Shown: positions 1 to 7,789, numbered from the stretch's first letter. The stretch is DNA of 59,911 nt from Minisyncoccota bacterium (GCA_028714635.1 JAQTLZ010000005.1:1-59911); one strand, 5' to 3'. The notes: generated from the letters alone by a model not told the origin. Program-made: numbers and translations.

Positions 1-55
1 TTTTTGAGTTGAATTATTAAGTCTGAAATTAAATCGGTTGACATAAATATTTTTT

Positions 56-180
56 AAAATTTGTTAAATTGTGAGCAATTCGAGGCGGGAGGGAGAAGTG
101 CGTCTGAGCTGTAGATGACCTACTGCGAGGATGCCTTCGATCCGAACCAACGATGAAGTGCTCCGATTTTACAAATTTTT
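56..180 (-). repeat. palindrome-closed ~120-nt element abutting the rpsZ stop codon (homolog of 22938-23059)
   Basis: Closing stems aaaatttgt (57-65) / acaaatttt (171-179) and gagca / tgctc. Shares cgaggcgg, aagtgcg, agctgtag, ctac.gcg and ccaacga blocks with the fusA copy. Confidence 0.6.
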
Positions 181-365
181 TACCATGATGATTTCTTGAT
201 ACCTGGAATCATTCCCTCGTTAGCAAACTCTCGGAAACAAATTCGGCACATATCGAAATCTCGCATATAGCCGTTCTTTCGTCCGCATCGAAAACATCGT
301 CGAACAACTCGAGATGCAAATTTTGGCTTCTTTTTTGAACGCGCAACAACTGATGTTTTGGCCAT
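180..365 (-). CDS. rpsZ: 30S ribosomal protein S14, zinc-ribbon type Z (61 aa)
   Basis: Short S14 with CxxC...CxxC (RCFRCGR, MCRICFRE) and GIKKSSW tail. Lies in the spc-operon position after rplE. Confidence 0.95.
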   Translation of the reverse strand: MAKTSVVARSKKKPKFASRVVRRCFRCGRKNGYMRDFDMCRICFREFANEGMIPGIKKSSW

Positions 366-490
366 TTTGAACAGCTTATGACTTTCAGAGAAAGCCGATT
401 TCTTTAATAAAACGCTTTAGGGGCTTATCCGTTGCATTCTAGGCAGATACTACTTTTAGACGCTGGAGTATGATTGCATCTAAGAAAAGC

Positions 491-596
491 CTCCACCTTA
501 CAGGTGCTGTACACCTTTTCGGTTTTTTCTTCGTGAGAGCACTCGAAAAATCCTGAAAAGGTCTTGCTCCGACGGTACCTACCATCGGCTCACCTT
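491..596. ncRNA. candidate structured RNA motif, three hairpins, copy 1 (in the putative rpsZ leader)
   Basis: P1 cacct-tac-aggtg (494-506), P2 acctttt...aaaaggt (513-562), P3 ccgacggt-acct-accatcgg (569-588). All three stems are compensated in copy 2. Confidence 0.5.
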
Positions 597-627
597 GCAA
601 ACAAAAAAGCCTAAAGGGCTTGGGGCT

Positions 628-656
628 ATACTAGCAAAGGGTTTTATCGCTGTCAA
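628..656 (-). promoter_or_regulatory. sigma70-like promoter, TTGACA-N17-TAGTAT, upstream of rpsZ
   Basis: Reverse complement of 651-656 is TTGACA and of 628-633 is TAGTAT. Lies just downstream of the terminator of the inserted gene. Confidence 0.6.
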
Positions 657-663
657 ACCAAAG

Positions 664-690
664 AAAAAGCCACCCATTGGGTGGCTTTTT
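664..690 (-). terminator. intrinsic terminator after the PG-binding protein gene
   Basis: agccaccc-att-gggtggct stem flanked by A and T runs. Confidence 0.75.
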
Positions 691-714
691 CTTTGGTTAT
701 TTTTGAAAATTGTA

Positions 715-2154
715 TCAAATTCCGCAACTAACCTGGTGGATCTTCGCTCGTGTTATTGGACCCACAAATCCAGTTGGACTAATACCATTGGCTTTCTGAA
801 AATCTTTGACTGCCTGGAAAGTCAACATACCGAAATATCCAGTTGGTTCTGAACTGAGATATCCTTTCGATTGCAAGAAGTCTTGCAAGGAAGAAACTTC
901 ACCGTTAGTGGATATATCTCGTGACTGATAGCGAAGATCATAAGTAAGAACAACACATGAAGAGGAGGAAGCTTGGGTATCTATATCAGCGGTTCCCGCA
1001 TTGTGAGCAGTATCAGCATTGGTATTTTCATTGCAAGGATGTCCCGTCCTTGGATTAAAGCGGAATCCTGGTTCACATCCCACCGAAGAATCTGGAGGAG
1101 GTACAACTGCAGGAGGTATCGCTGATCGCGCGACAACCGAGAAAGAATCACTGTTGTCACCTGTTGCACCAGCGCCGCTGAATTGGATTTGATATCCAGA
1201 ACTCGGGACGACATCTCCCGGCACAGTCCAACTAAACCAGTCTTGAGTAGCAGTATTAACTGTCCCGAGAGAGCGGCTACCATTCGATCCAAGTGCGCCC
1301 CCCACCAAATAAACCGAGTAACTTGTAACCCCGACATCTCTTCCAGACCACAGAAGTTTATAAATCATTCCCTGTTTCAGAGTGGCTCCGGCGGATGGAT
1401 ATGTCACAGTAAAGGGATACAGATTTTGATTAGTGCTTGCCGCAATCGAAAATGATGAGCTATTATCACCAGTAGCGCCAGCGCCACTAAACTGGATTTG
1501 ATAACCTGATTCAGGTGGGATATTTGAAGGAACTGTCCAACTAAACCAATCCTGATTCTCTGTGTCTACAGTACCAAGATAGCGGCTTCCATTTGAACCT
1601 AAACTTCCTCCAACCAGATACACAGAGTAGCTCCTAACTCCATTATCTCTTCCAGACCACATGAGTTTGTAGGTTGAACCTTGATTCAAGGTCGCTCCAG
1701 AAGAAGGAAACGTTACTTTGAAAGGATTTTGTGGCTGGTTAGGGATTATTGTTACCGTCCTAGAAACAGAATTTATTCCATAAGCAGACAGTAAAAGTCC
1801 CTCATTAATATTTTGAGAGGTATTATTTGTAAATACAAGATCCGTTGAATATTCGCCCGAAGGGAAATATCCATTCGTACCACCAGCTCCAATATCTCCG
1901 CAACTAAAAGGATGCAGTTTGCCAGCATCATCTCGCATCTGGATTATAAGCCCCTCATGACAATCAGCTGTTACTGTCACACCTTGTGCTGTCACATCAG
2001 AAAACGCATAAGAAACATTAAACGCATTCGGATATGATTCAGGGTTGTATGATGCTGTAGAAACAGTAAATCTTACAACTGTCGCTTGAGCAGAGACAGA
2101 TGATACAACCACAAAAGAAGCTAGAATAGTAAGTCCTACTAGATATTTTTTCAT
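715..2154 (-). CDS. secreted repeat protein with C-terminal peptidoglycan-binding (PG_binding_1-like) domain
   Basis: N-terminal signal peptide (ILASFVVVSSVSAQA). Two 103-aa tandem repeats, a Cys loop (CEPGFRFNPRTGHPC), and a C-terminal LQDFLQSKGY...FGMLTFQAVKDFQKANGISPTG motif. Confidence 0.8.
   Translation of the reverse strand: MKKYLVGLTILASFVVVSSVSAQATVVRFTVSTASYNPESYPNAFNVSYAFSDVTAQGVTVTADCHEGLIIQMRDDAGKLHPFSCGDIGAGGTNGYFPSGEYSTDLVFTNNTSQNINEGLLLSAYGINSVSRTVTIIPNQPQNPFKVTFPSSGATLNQGSTYKLMWSGRDNGVRSYSVYLVGGSLGSNGSRYLGTVDTENQDWFSWTVPSNIPPESGYQIQFSGAGATGDNSSSFSIAASTNQNLYPFTVTYPSAGATLKQGMIYKLLWSGRDVGVTSYSVYLVGGALGSNGSRSLGTVNTATQDWFSWTVPGDVVPSSGYQIQFSGAGATGDNSDSFSVVARSAIPPAVVPPPDSSVGCEPGFRFNPRTGHPCNENTNADTAHNAGTADIDTQASSSSCVVLTYDLRYQSRDISTNGEVSSLQDFLQSKGYLSSEPTGYFGMLTFQAVKDFQKANGISPTGFVGPITRAKIHQVSCGI
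1108..1725 (-). repeat. in-frame tandem duplication, 2 x 309 nt (2 x 103 aa)
   Basis: PFKVTFPSSGATLNQG...QIQFSGAGATGDNSSSFS aligns with PFTVTYPSAGATLKQG...QIQFSGAGATGDNSDSFS. Confidence 0.85.
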
Positions 2155-2226
2155 TTTTAATAAGTGATTTTACTAATAGCTTTATTGTATCATGCGTTCG
2201 AAAAAAAGAGGTGGAAAATTCTGAAG

Positions 2227-2256
2227 CAAAAAACCGCTCTTCTCGGCGGTTTTTTG
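2227..2256 (-). terminator. intrinsic terminator directly after rplE, inside the spc operon
   Basis: aaaccgc...gcggttt stem flanked by A and T runs, 11 nt after the rplE stop. Confidence 0.7.
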
Positions 2257-2266
2257 CTCTTATATA

Positions 2267-2815
2267 CTATTTCTTGACCTCTTCCTTCTTGAGCGGTAAC
2301 CCAATATATTCAAGAAAAGCCTCGGCTTCTTTTGGATTCTTTGCGTTCGTAACGAGCGTTACTGCAAGACCGAACACATCTTTGATTTCTTCATCCGGAG
2401 TTTCTGGGAAAATGGTGTGCTCCTTGATTCCAATCGTGTAGTTCCCCATCGCGTCCACTGCTTTCCTAGAAAGTCCTCGGAAGTCTCGCGTTCGAGGGAG
2501 GGCGACATTCAAAAGCTTATCGAGAAAACCGTACATTCGCGTTCCTCGGATAGTGACCTGATATCCAACTGGATCATTCTGTCGAACTTTGAAAGACGCA
2601 ATTGATTTCTTTGCGCCTCGAACTGCAGGCTTCTGGCCGGTAATTTTTGCGAGTCGGTTTGCAACGAGTTCGATCTTCTTCTTGTCTTTCATAGAACCAA
2701 CGCCAGCGCTCACCACAACCTTCACCATCTTTGGCGCCTGCATTGCGTTCTTGTAATGCATCTTTGTTTTGAGATGCTCAAACGCTTTATTCTGTTTTTC
2801 TTTTACTGAATCCAT
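2267..2815 (-). CDS. rplE: 50S ribosomal protein L5
   Basis: 182-aa ORF with a typical L5 sequence (NAMQAPKMVKVVVSAGVG, RGTRMYGFLDKL) and the expected operon position. Confidence 0.97.
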   Translation of the reverse strand: MDSVKEKQNKAFEHLKTKMHYKNAMQAPKMVKVVVSAGVGSMKDKKKIELVANRLAKITGQKPAVRGAKKSIASFKVRQNDPVGYQVTIRGTRMYGFLDKLLNVALPRTRDFRGLSRKAVDAMGNYTIGIKEHTIFPETPDEEIKDVFGLAVTLVTNAKNPKEAEAFLEYIGLPLKKEEVKK

Positions 2816-2824
2816 GTGTTTGAT

Positions 2825-3127
2825 TTAAATTTCCTGGCCGCTTTTTCGAGCGATTCGCACTTTCTTCTCACCAACCATCTTTGAACCAACTCGTGTTCCC
2901 TTTCCGCTCTTCTTATCAACAATCATGACGTTTGAAGCGTGCATTGGAAAACTTTTCTCGACAGTCTGGCCTTTCTCACCTTCTTTTCGAGGTCGCTGAT
3001 GTTTCTTGTGCTTGTTGATTCCTTCAACGATCAAAGTAGAAAGTTTTGGAAAAGCGCGAACAACCGTACCGGTCTTGCCCTTGTCCTTTCCTGTCATCAC
3101 TATTACGTTGTCTCCTTTTTTAATCAT
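2825..3127 (-). CDS. rplX: 50S ribosomal protein L24
   Basis: KOW motif MIKKGDNVIVMTGKDKGKTG. Start moved to the internal Met at 3127, because the ORF-track start at 3175 runs into an intergenic hairpin. Confidence 0.9.
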   Translation of the reverse strand: MIKKGDNVIVMTGKDKGKTGTVVRAFPKLSTLIVEGINKHKKHQRPRKEGEKGQTVEKSFPMHASNVMIVDKKSGKGTRVGSKMVGEKKVRIARKSGQEI

Positions 3128-3159
3128 GATTTTGTTATGAGCGAAGCGAGTTAGAAAAT

Positions 3160-3274
3160 CTTGACCCCCCACCAATTCTCATACTTGACGTATTAAGATT
3201 GATTACGAATAAATTCTTTTTTCCTTTTATGGTTTTCATATCTTTTGAATGTTAGGAATTGGTGGGGGGTTAAG
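3160..3274. repeat. long-range inverted repeat filling the rplN-rplX spacer
   Basis: ccccccaccaattc (3165-3178) is the perfect reverse complement of gaattggtgggggg (3256-3269), extendable to about 19 bp. The loop is 77 nt and AT-rich. Confidence 0.7.
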
Positions 3275-3304
3275 TAAATTATACTCACTACGTTCGTTAA
3301 TTTT

Positions 3305-3676
3305 CTAAACAATCTCCGGTGCGAGTGATGCAATAGTCTGAAAACCCATTTCAGAAATTTCTCGAGGGATTGGGCCGAAAACGCGTCCTGCGATAGGCTC
3401 CTGCTTTCCTTTTTCGATGATAACTACTGCGTTCTCATCAAATCGAATATAAGAACCGTCCTTTCGTCGGAAAGGCTGTACTTGTCGCACGACAACTGCC
3501 TGAAGCACATCTTTCTTCTTTACTCCCTTTCGAGGCTCTGCAGTCTGGACAGAAAGCACCACGATGTCTCCGATGCGAGCGTATCGCTTCTTACTTGAAC
3601 CAAGCACTTTGAAAATACGGCCGATCTTTCCCCCGCAGTTATCCGTTATTTTGACGATGGATCGTGGTTGAATCAT
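3305..3676 (-). CDS. rplN: 50S ribosomal protein L14
   Basis: MIQPRS...GRIFKVLG...VVVRQ pattern of L14, in operon order. Confidence 0.97.
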   Translation of the reverse strand: MIQPRSIVKITDNCGGKIGRIFKVLGSSKKRYARIGDIVVLSVQTAEPRKGVKKKDVLQAVVVRQVQPFRRKDGSYIRFDENAVVIIEKGKQEPIAGRVFGPIPREISEMGFQTIASLAPEIV

Positions 3677-3680
3677 ACAA

Positions 3681-3938
3681 TTATTTTATGACGATGAATG
3701 ACTTGTCTTTGGACATCGGTCGGCATTCCTGAATGGTAACAGTCTGACCTACTTCGTATGTTCCTTCCGCGTGCGCTTTATATCGCTTTATCTTTTTCAA
3801 GAATTTCTGATACTTTGGGTGCTTTACATATCGCATCACTTCGACGACGACGGTCTTCGCCATCTTGTTTGATGCCACCTTGCCGGTAAAAAGTTTCCCC
3901 TCTGCTTTCTTTTCTGTTTTGGTTACTTGTTCAGCCAT
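3681..3938 (-). CDS. rpsQ: 30S ribosomal protein S17
   Basis: 85 aa with GKVASNKMAKTVVVEV...KHPKYQK motif, in operon order. Confidence 0.95.
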   Translation of the reverse strand: MAEQVTKTEKKAEGKLFTGKVASNKMAKTVVVEVMRYVKHPKYQKFLKKIKRYKAHAEGTYEVGQTVTIQECRPMSKDKSFIVIK

Positions 3939-3943
3939 GATAA

Positions 3944-4123
3944 TTATTTAGTCTTTGTGTTGAGTTGAGTCAAAATTCGAGCAATATCTTTTCGCAACAC
4001 TCTTCCCTCTCGAACATTCTTTGTCTTGCTTCCTGAAACTCCAAATCGGAATTTCTGAAGACCTGCTCGCTTTTCAGTGAGCATTCGGTTCAATTCTTTT
4101 TCGTTTGTATCTTTGATTTCCAT
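3944..4123 (-). CDS. rpmC: 50S ribosomal protein L29 (59 aa, below the ORF-track cutoff)
   Basis: Hand translation gives MEIKDTNEKELNRMLTEKRAGLQKFRFGVSGSKTKNVREGRVLRKDIARILTQLNTKTK. This is L29-like and lies between rplP and rpsQ. Confidence 0.85.
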   Translation of the reverse strand: MEIKDTNEKELNRMLTEKRAGLQKFRFGVSGSKTKNVREGRVLRKDIARILTQLNTKTK

Positions 4124-4216
4124 ACGGGTAGATTTATGATTTAAGATTCATGATTTAAGAATGGGATTCGGATTCGATTTTATTTTGCATTATTCATATA
4201 TCCTGAATCGTAAATC
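4124..4216 (-). repeat. heptad-periodic spacer between rplP and rpmC (GATT/AATC flavour)
   Basis: gatt(t/c) at 4131, 4138, 4145 and 4152. On the mRNA strand GA recurs every 7 nt five times, starting at the last base of the rplP stop codon. Partial complementarity gattcggat / atcctgaatc. Confidence 0.5.
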
Positions 4217-4633
4217 TTATCTCTTTAAAATAACGGTCTTCAAAGGAAGCTTTGTGCCCGCCTTTCGAAGTGCCTCTCGTGCTGTTGCATCATCAACTCC
4301 GTCAATTTCAAAAATGATTCGTCCTGGGTATACCTGCACGCAGTATCCCTGTGGATCTCCTTTTCCGCCTCCCATACCTACTTCTGCAGCTTTGGCAGTA
4401 TAGGGCATATCAGGGAAAACGCGAATCCAAATCTTTCCAGTCTTACCGACAAGTCGTGACATCACCTTTCGGGCAGCTTCAAGCTGATTGGAACGCACTC
4501 GCATCGCGCTCAAAGATTTGATTCCGTATGAACCGAAAGCAATAGTAGTACCTCGTGTCTCCACGCGATCCTTCTTCATATTTCGGCGCATAGTCTGCCA
4601 CTTTCGATGTTTTACTTTTTTAGGAAGAAGCAT
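4217..4633 (-). CDS. rplP: 50S ribosomal protein L16
   Basis: MLLPKKVKHRK...GKGDPQGY motif, in operon order. Confidence 0.97.
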   Translation of the reverse strand: MLLPKKVKHRKWQTMRRNMKKDRVETRGTTIAFGSYGIKSLSAMRVRSNQLEAARKVMSRLVGKTGKIWIRVFPDMPYTAKAAEVGMGGGKGDPQGYCVQVYPGRIIFEIDGVDDATAREALRKAGTKLPLKTVILKR

Positions 4634-4641
4634 GGTAGTAA

Positions 4642-5316
4642 TTATTTAGCGGCTGGCTTTTTATCGGAAAAAACTTCTCCTTTGTATATCCAAACTTTGA
4701 TTCCAATATCTCCGTAACTCATATGAGCTTTCTCTCGTGCAAAATCAATATCAGCGCGGAATGTCTGAAGAGGGATTCGTCCTTTCTTGATCTTTTCTCG
4801 TCGTGCCATATCAGCACCTCCTAGGCGCCCTGAAAGACCTACTTTCACTCCGAGCACGTCTCGATTTGCCATAACTTTCTCAACGATCTGTTTTGCAACA
4901 CGTCGGAAAGGCATTCTTTTTTCAAGAGAGTCGGCAACCATTTGTGCAACGATAGCGGCATTTGATTCTGGAGAACGAATTTCAACAACATCAATTTTCA
5001 ATTCCTCTTTTGTCTTTACTCCCCATCGAGCAAATTGTTTTAAAATATCATTTCGAAGTTTTACCTGACCCTCTCCGTTTCGTCCGATGAGCACGCCTGG
5101 TCGAGAAGTTTTGATGATAACTCGCATTGTCTTTTGATTTCGTTCGATATCAACTCCGCTCACGAACATTCCTCGGAATTTGACTGCCAAGTATTCTCGC
5201 AAGAGTACATCCACCTTGAGAGATGCGCGGTATCCTTTGCCATCACTAAACCATCGACTCTTCCAGTCTCTGATGATGCCAAGTCTATGTGAATATGGAT
5301 GAACAATGTGTGTCAT
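4642..5316 (-). CDS. rpsC: 30S ribosomal protein S3
   Basis: HPYSHRLGIIRDWKSRWF with a KH domain, in operon order. Confidence 0.97.
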   Translation of the reverse strand: MTHIVHPYSHRLGIIRDWKSRWFSDGKGYRASLKVDVLLREYLAVKFRGMFVSGVDIERNQKTMRVIIKTSRPGVLIGRNGEGQVKLRNDILKQFARWGVKTKEELKIDVVEIRSPESNAAIVAQMVADSLEKRMPFRRVAKQIVEKVMANRDVLGVKVGLSGRLGGADMARREKIKKGRIPLQTFRADIDFAREKAHMSYGDIGIKVWIYKGEVFSDKKPAAK

Positions 5317-5325
5317 GATAAAAAA

Positions 5326-5712
5326 TTATTTCTTAACTGCTGTTTTTTCTTTCTTAATTTTTGCTGTTACTTTCGCGATGTCAGCTCCTCTTTCAGCAAG
5401 CGCGATAGACACGTGACTATTTCGTTTCAAAATCTGGAAAGCAGAACCTCGAGCTCGAGGCATTGATCGCTTCAAAACTCGTGCAGTATCTACTCGAACT
5501 TCTTTTACCAAAAGATCTTCCGCTTTGAATCCGTTTGTATTTTTTGCATTTGCAACTGCAGATGCGAGAAGCTTTGCGAAAACTTCGCTCGCCTTCTTCG
5601 GGAGAAATGAAAGCTGGCTCTGTGCCTCGACAACGCTCTTGCCTTTAATAAGATCCGCAACAAGGCGAACTTTTCGAGGTGATTGTCTGTAATCTGATAG
5701 GTAAGCTTTCAT
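5326..5712 (-). CDS. rplV: 50S ribosomal protein L22
   Basis: SPRKVRLVADLIKGK...A motif, in operon order. Confidence 0.95.
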   Translation of the reverse strand: MKAYLSDYRQSPRKVRLVADLIKGKSVVEAQSQLSFLPKKASEVFAKLLASAVANAKNTNGFKAEDLLVKEVRVDTARVLKRSMPRARGSAFQILKRNSHVSIALAERGADIAKVTAKIKKEKTAVKK

Positions 5713-5720
5713 GTTTTTGA

Positions 5721-5803
5721 TTAGGGTTTAGGGTAAAGGGTTGAGGGTTTAGGATTTTGGTTTCAGTGTTTTCTATACCCTGTCCCCTTCACCCTCTACC
5801 CTA
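5721..5803 (-). repeat. heptad-periodic hairpin filling the rpsS-rplV spacer (TTAGGG-like arm plus complementary CCCT arm)
   Basis: GGG recurs every 7 nt at 5724, 5731, 5738 and 5745, with GG at 5752. The C-rich arm at 5775-5803 pairs in the same 7-nt register. Confidence 0.7.
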
Positions 5804-5808
5804 GTTCG

Positions 5809-6150
5809 TTATTTTTTAGTATCAGCAGAGCCCTTTGCAGCTTGAGCAGCAGCGACTTCTGCCTCTTTCTTCTTCATTTCAAGTTCTTTCTGCATCTTAC
5901 CTCCGTGTCGGATGAATTTGCGTGTGTGTGAGAATTCTCCAAGTCTGTGGCCCACCATTTCTTCAGAGACAAGAACTTCGAGATGCTCTCGGCCGTTGTG
6001 AACGCCAAATTTAAAACCTACCATCTCCGGTGCGATCTGTGAGCGTCGTGACCAAGTCTTAATAAGCCCAGTTGTCTGGGGAGTTTTGCCTTCAATCTTT
6101 TTCAAGAGTTTCGGGTCAATATAAGGGCCTTTTTTGAGCGATCGTGTCAT
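5809..6150 (-). CDS. rpsS: 30S ribosomal protein S19 with Lys/Ala-rich C-terminal extension
   Basis: [12 protein letters not shown]...HNGREHLEV...GHRLGEF motif. Confidence 0.95.
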   Translation of the reverse strand: MTRSLKKGPYIDPKLLKKIEGKTPQTTGLIKTWSRRSQIAPEMVGFKFGVHNGREHLEVLVSEEMVGHRLGEFSHTRKFIRHGGKMQKELEMKKKEAEVAAAQAAKGSADTKK

Positions 6151-6219
6151 GATTTAATAAGCAAACTTGAGCTTTTTCGCGAACAGAAAAATAAAAAGCC
6201 CTCAAGAGAACTTGGCAAG

Positions 6220-6248
6220 ATACTAGCAAAATGGCCTATAAGTGTCAA
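6220..6248 (-). promoter_or_regulatory. sigma70-like promoter, TTGACA-N17-TAGTAT, upstream of rpsS
   Basis: Reverse complement of 6243-6248 is TTGACA and of 6220-6225 is TAGTAT. Same hexamers as the rpsZ promoter. Confidence 0.65.
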
Positions 6249-6295
6249 CGAGAGGTGGCTTTTAACCAGTAGACTGTGAGGTTTTAACTAAAAAT

Positions 6296-6333
6296 TGAAT
6301 AAAAAGGCGTCACGCTCTGGGAGCGGACGCCTT
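6296..6333 (-). terminator. intrinsic terminator after the 6342-6962 orphan
   Basis: aaggcgtc..cgctc-tgg-gagcg..gacgcctt long stem followed by TTTTTATT on the minus strand. Confidence 0.75.
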
Positions 6334-6341
6334 ATGTAACT

Positions 6342-6962
6342 TTACTTGAAAGCAGCCTGTACGATGTAGTCACTCTGGACCACTTGGGCACGAAGTTCGA
6401 GCATTGTTTTCCAGAGTCGCTCACGACTTTCTGCCCACTCTTGAGTGGTCCGAACCAATTGGTTCCATATCTGAATGGGATCTAAACGGACACCTTTTAC
6501 GAGGTCAGTGATGTTTACTCGGTCGACTCGTACCGCCTGCACCACTTCCGTCCCCCGATTTTTATACCCCGCAGCGCCGACAATCGAGACGTTTACCAAA
6601 AGCCAGTCGCCACTCCGACTCAGACCCCAGATGGGGATTGTTCCATTGCAAAGATATGTCCCCGAACTATAGCGATGCCCTGTATCGGGGATACTTATCT
6701 TCTCTCCTTTCCCAAAAATTCCTTGGATATCTGCTGTCGACTTCCCGTCTTCGTAACCAGTAATTACAGATCGACCCACCTCTCTCTCCCAAACATAATC
6801 CTTTAAGCACTTGAACTCGGAAAGCTTCGCCAACGAAACCGTATCTAGATACGGTTTCATATTATTGCGAAGTTCATCCAAAAGAGAGAGAAACCTGGCT
6901 TCTGTGGACAATCCACCTTTCACAATGAGCTTGCCTAGCTCGTCTTTCTTGAAAGAGGGCAT
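6342..6962 (-). CDS. hypothetical protein (GC-rich orphan inside the ribosomal operon)
   Basis: 206-aa ORF with no recognisable motif. Sampled 60-nt lines are about 50 percent GC against roughly 32-43 percent in the flanks. It has its own terminator at 6296-6333. Confidence 0.6.
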   Translation of the reverse strand: MPSFKKDELGKLIVKGGLSTEARFLSLLDELRNNMKPYLDTVSLAKLSEFKCLKDYVWEREVGRSVITGYEDGKSTADIQGIFGKGEKISIPDTGHRYSSGTYLCNGTIPIWGLSRSGDWLLVNVSIVGAAGYKNRGTEVVQAVRVDRVNITDLVKGVRLDPIQIWNQLVRTTQEWAESRERLWKTMLELRAQVVQSDYIVQAAFK

Positions 6963-7113
6963 ACCCTCCTCCTTTCTTTAATGTCCCCGGGCGTACCCAA
7001 GAACAGGCCGAAGCGACCAATCGCTTCTCTGGGTTAGAGACTACTGATTGCGTCTCAGAAAGTCAATTACATAAAACTAAAAAAAATAAAGATGTTTGAA
7101 TATTTACCGTTGC

Positions 7114-7134
7114 TGTCAAGGACAGTCCTTGACA
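7114..7134. repeat. REP-like 21-bp palindrome upstream of the RAYT gene
   Basis: TGTCAAGGACAGTCCTTGACA, identical to the copy at 7790-7810. Confidence 0.85.
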
Positions 7135-7144
7135 TAATAGAGGG

Positions 7145-7774
7145 ATGAAAAAGAGAGATTACAAAAATAGTGCGGAGGGTACTTTCGTGCATGTTTACAA
7201 CAGAGGAAATAATCGAGAGAAAATTTTTCATGATGAAAAGGACTACAAAGCTTTCGCTTTTCGAGTCGGACTCGCCCTAGGCATTGAAAGAGAAACTCTT
7301 CAAAAAGAAGACCTGCTGTCATTCCCCCACTCTCGAATTAGAATCAATGCAGGAGCTGATCTCTTCAAACTTCATTCATTTTGTCTCATGCCAAATCATT
7401 TCCATTTATTGATTGAACAATGCGGAGAGACAGAAATAGCAAAAATCATTTCCCAAATATCCACGAGCTATGCGATGTATCTCAATAAAAAATATCATAG
7501 AGTCGGGCATGTATTTCAGGAGAGATATAAAGCTGTAGTCATCGAATCCGATCCGCAACTCCTTTGGACTTCATCTTATATCCATATGAATCCGGTCAAA
7601 GCAAATATCGTAAAACACCCTGGTGAATATACATGGAGCAGTTACCAAGATTTTACAAAGAAAAGAAACTTACCGATTATCCACACAGATTTTTTACTAC
7701 CAATGTTCGGAGCGAAAGATTTCGAAAAAGAGACACTTGCCCTCTTTCTGAAATCCGAAGAATCCCCTTATTAG
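7145..7774 (+). CDS. REP-associated tyrosine transposase (IS200/Y1 HUH family, RAYT-like)
   Basis: HUH motif (NHFHLLIE) and catalytic Tyr region (SSYIHMNPVKA). Flanked on both sides by the same 21-bp palindrome. Confidence 0.85.
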   Translation: MKKRDYKNSAEGTFVHVYNRGNNREKIFHDEKDYKAFAFRVGLALGIERETLQKEDLLSFPHSRIRINAGADLFKLHSFCLMPNHFHLLIEQCGETEIAKIISQISTSYAMYLNKKYHRVGHVFQERYKAVVIESDPQLLWTSSYIHMNPVKANIVKHPGEYTWSSYQDFTKKRNLPIIHTDFLLPMFGAKDFEKETLALFLKSEESPY

Positions 7775-7789
7775 GATTAAGGGCCCGAG

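Noticed and set aside
488-497. GCCTCCACC resembling a tmRNA or tRNA 3-prime end
   Set aside because: No T-arm (GGTTCGAAT-like), acceptor pairing or tag reading frame nearby. The sequence is part of stem P1 of the three-hairpin motif.
595-852. 85-aa plus-strand ORF spanning the rpsZ promoter and terminator region
   Set aside because: It covers a terminator hairpin and the 3-prime end of the minus-strand gene. There is no supporting signal.
5721-5753. TTAGGG-type repeats as telomere or linear-replicon ends
   Set aside because: The tract is only about five units long, lies inside a ribosomal operon spacer and is paired with a complementary arm. Analogous tracts with other heptads occur in equivalent spacers.
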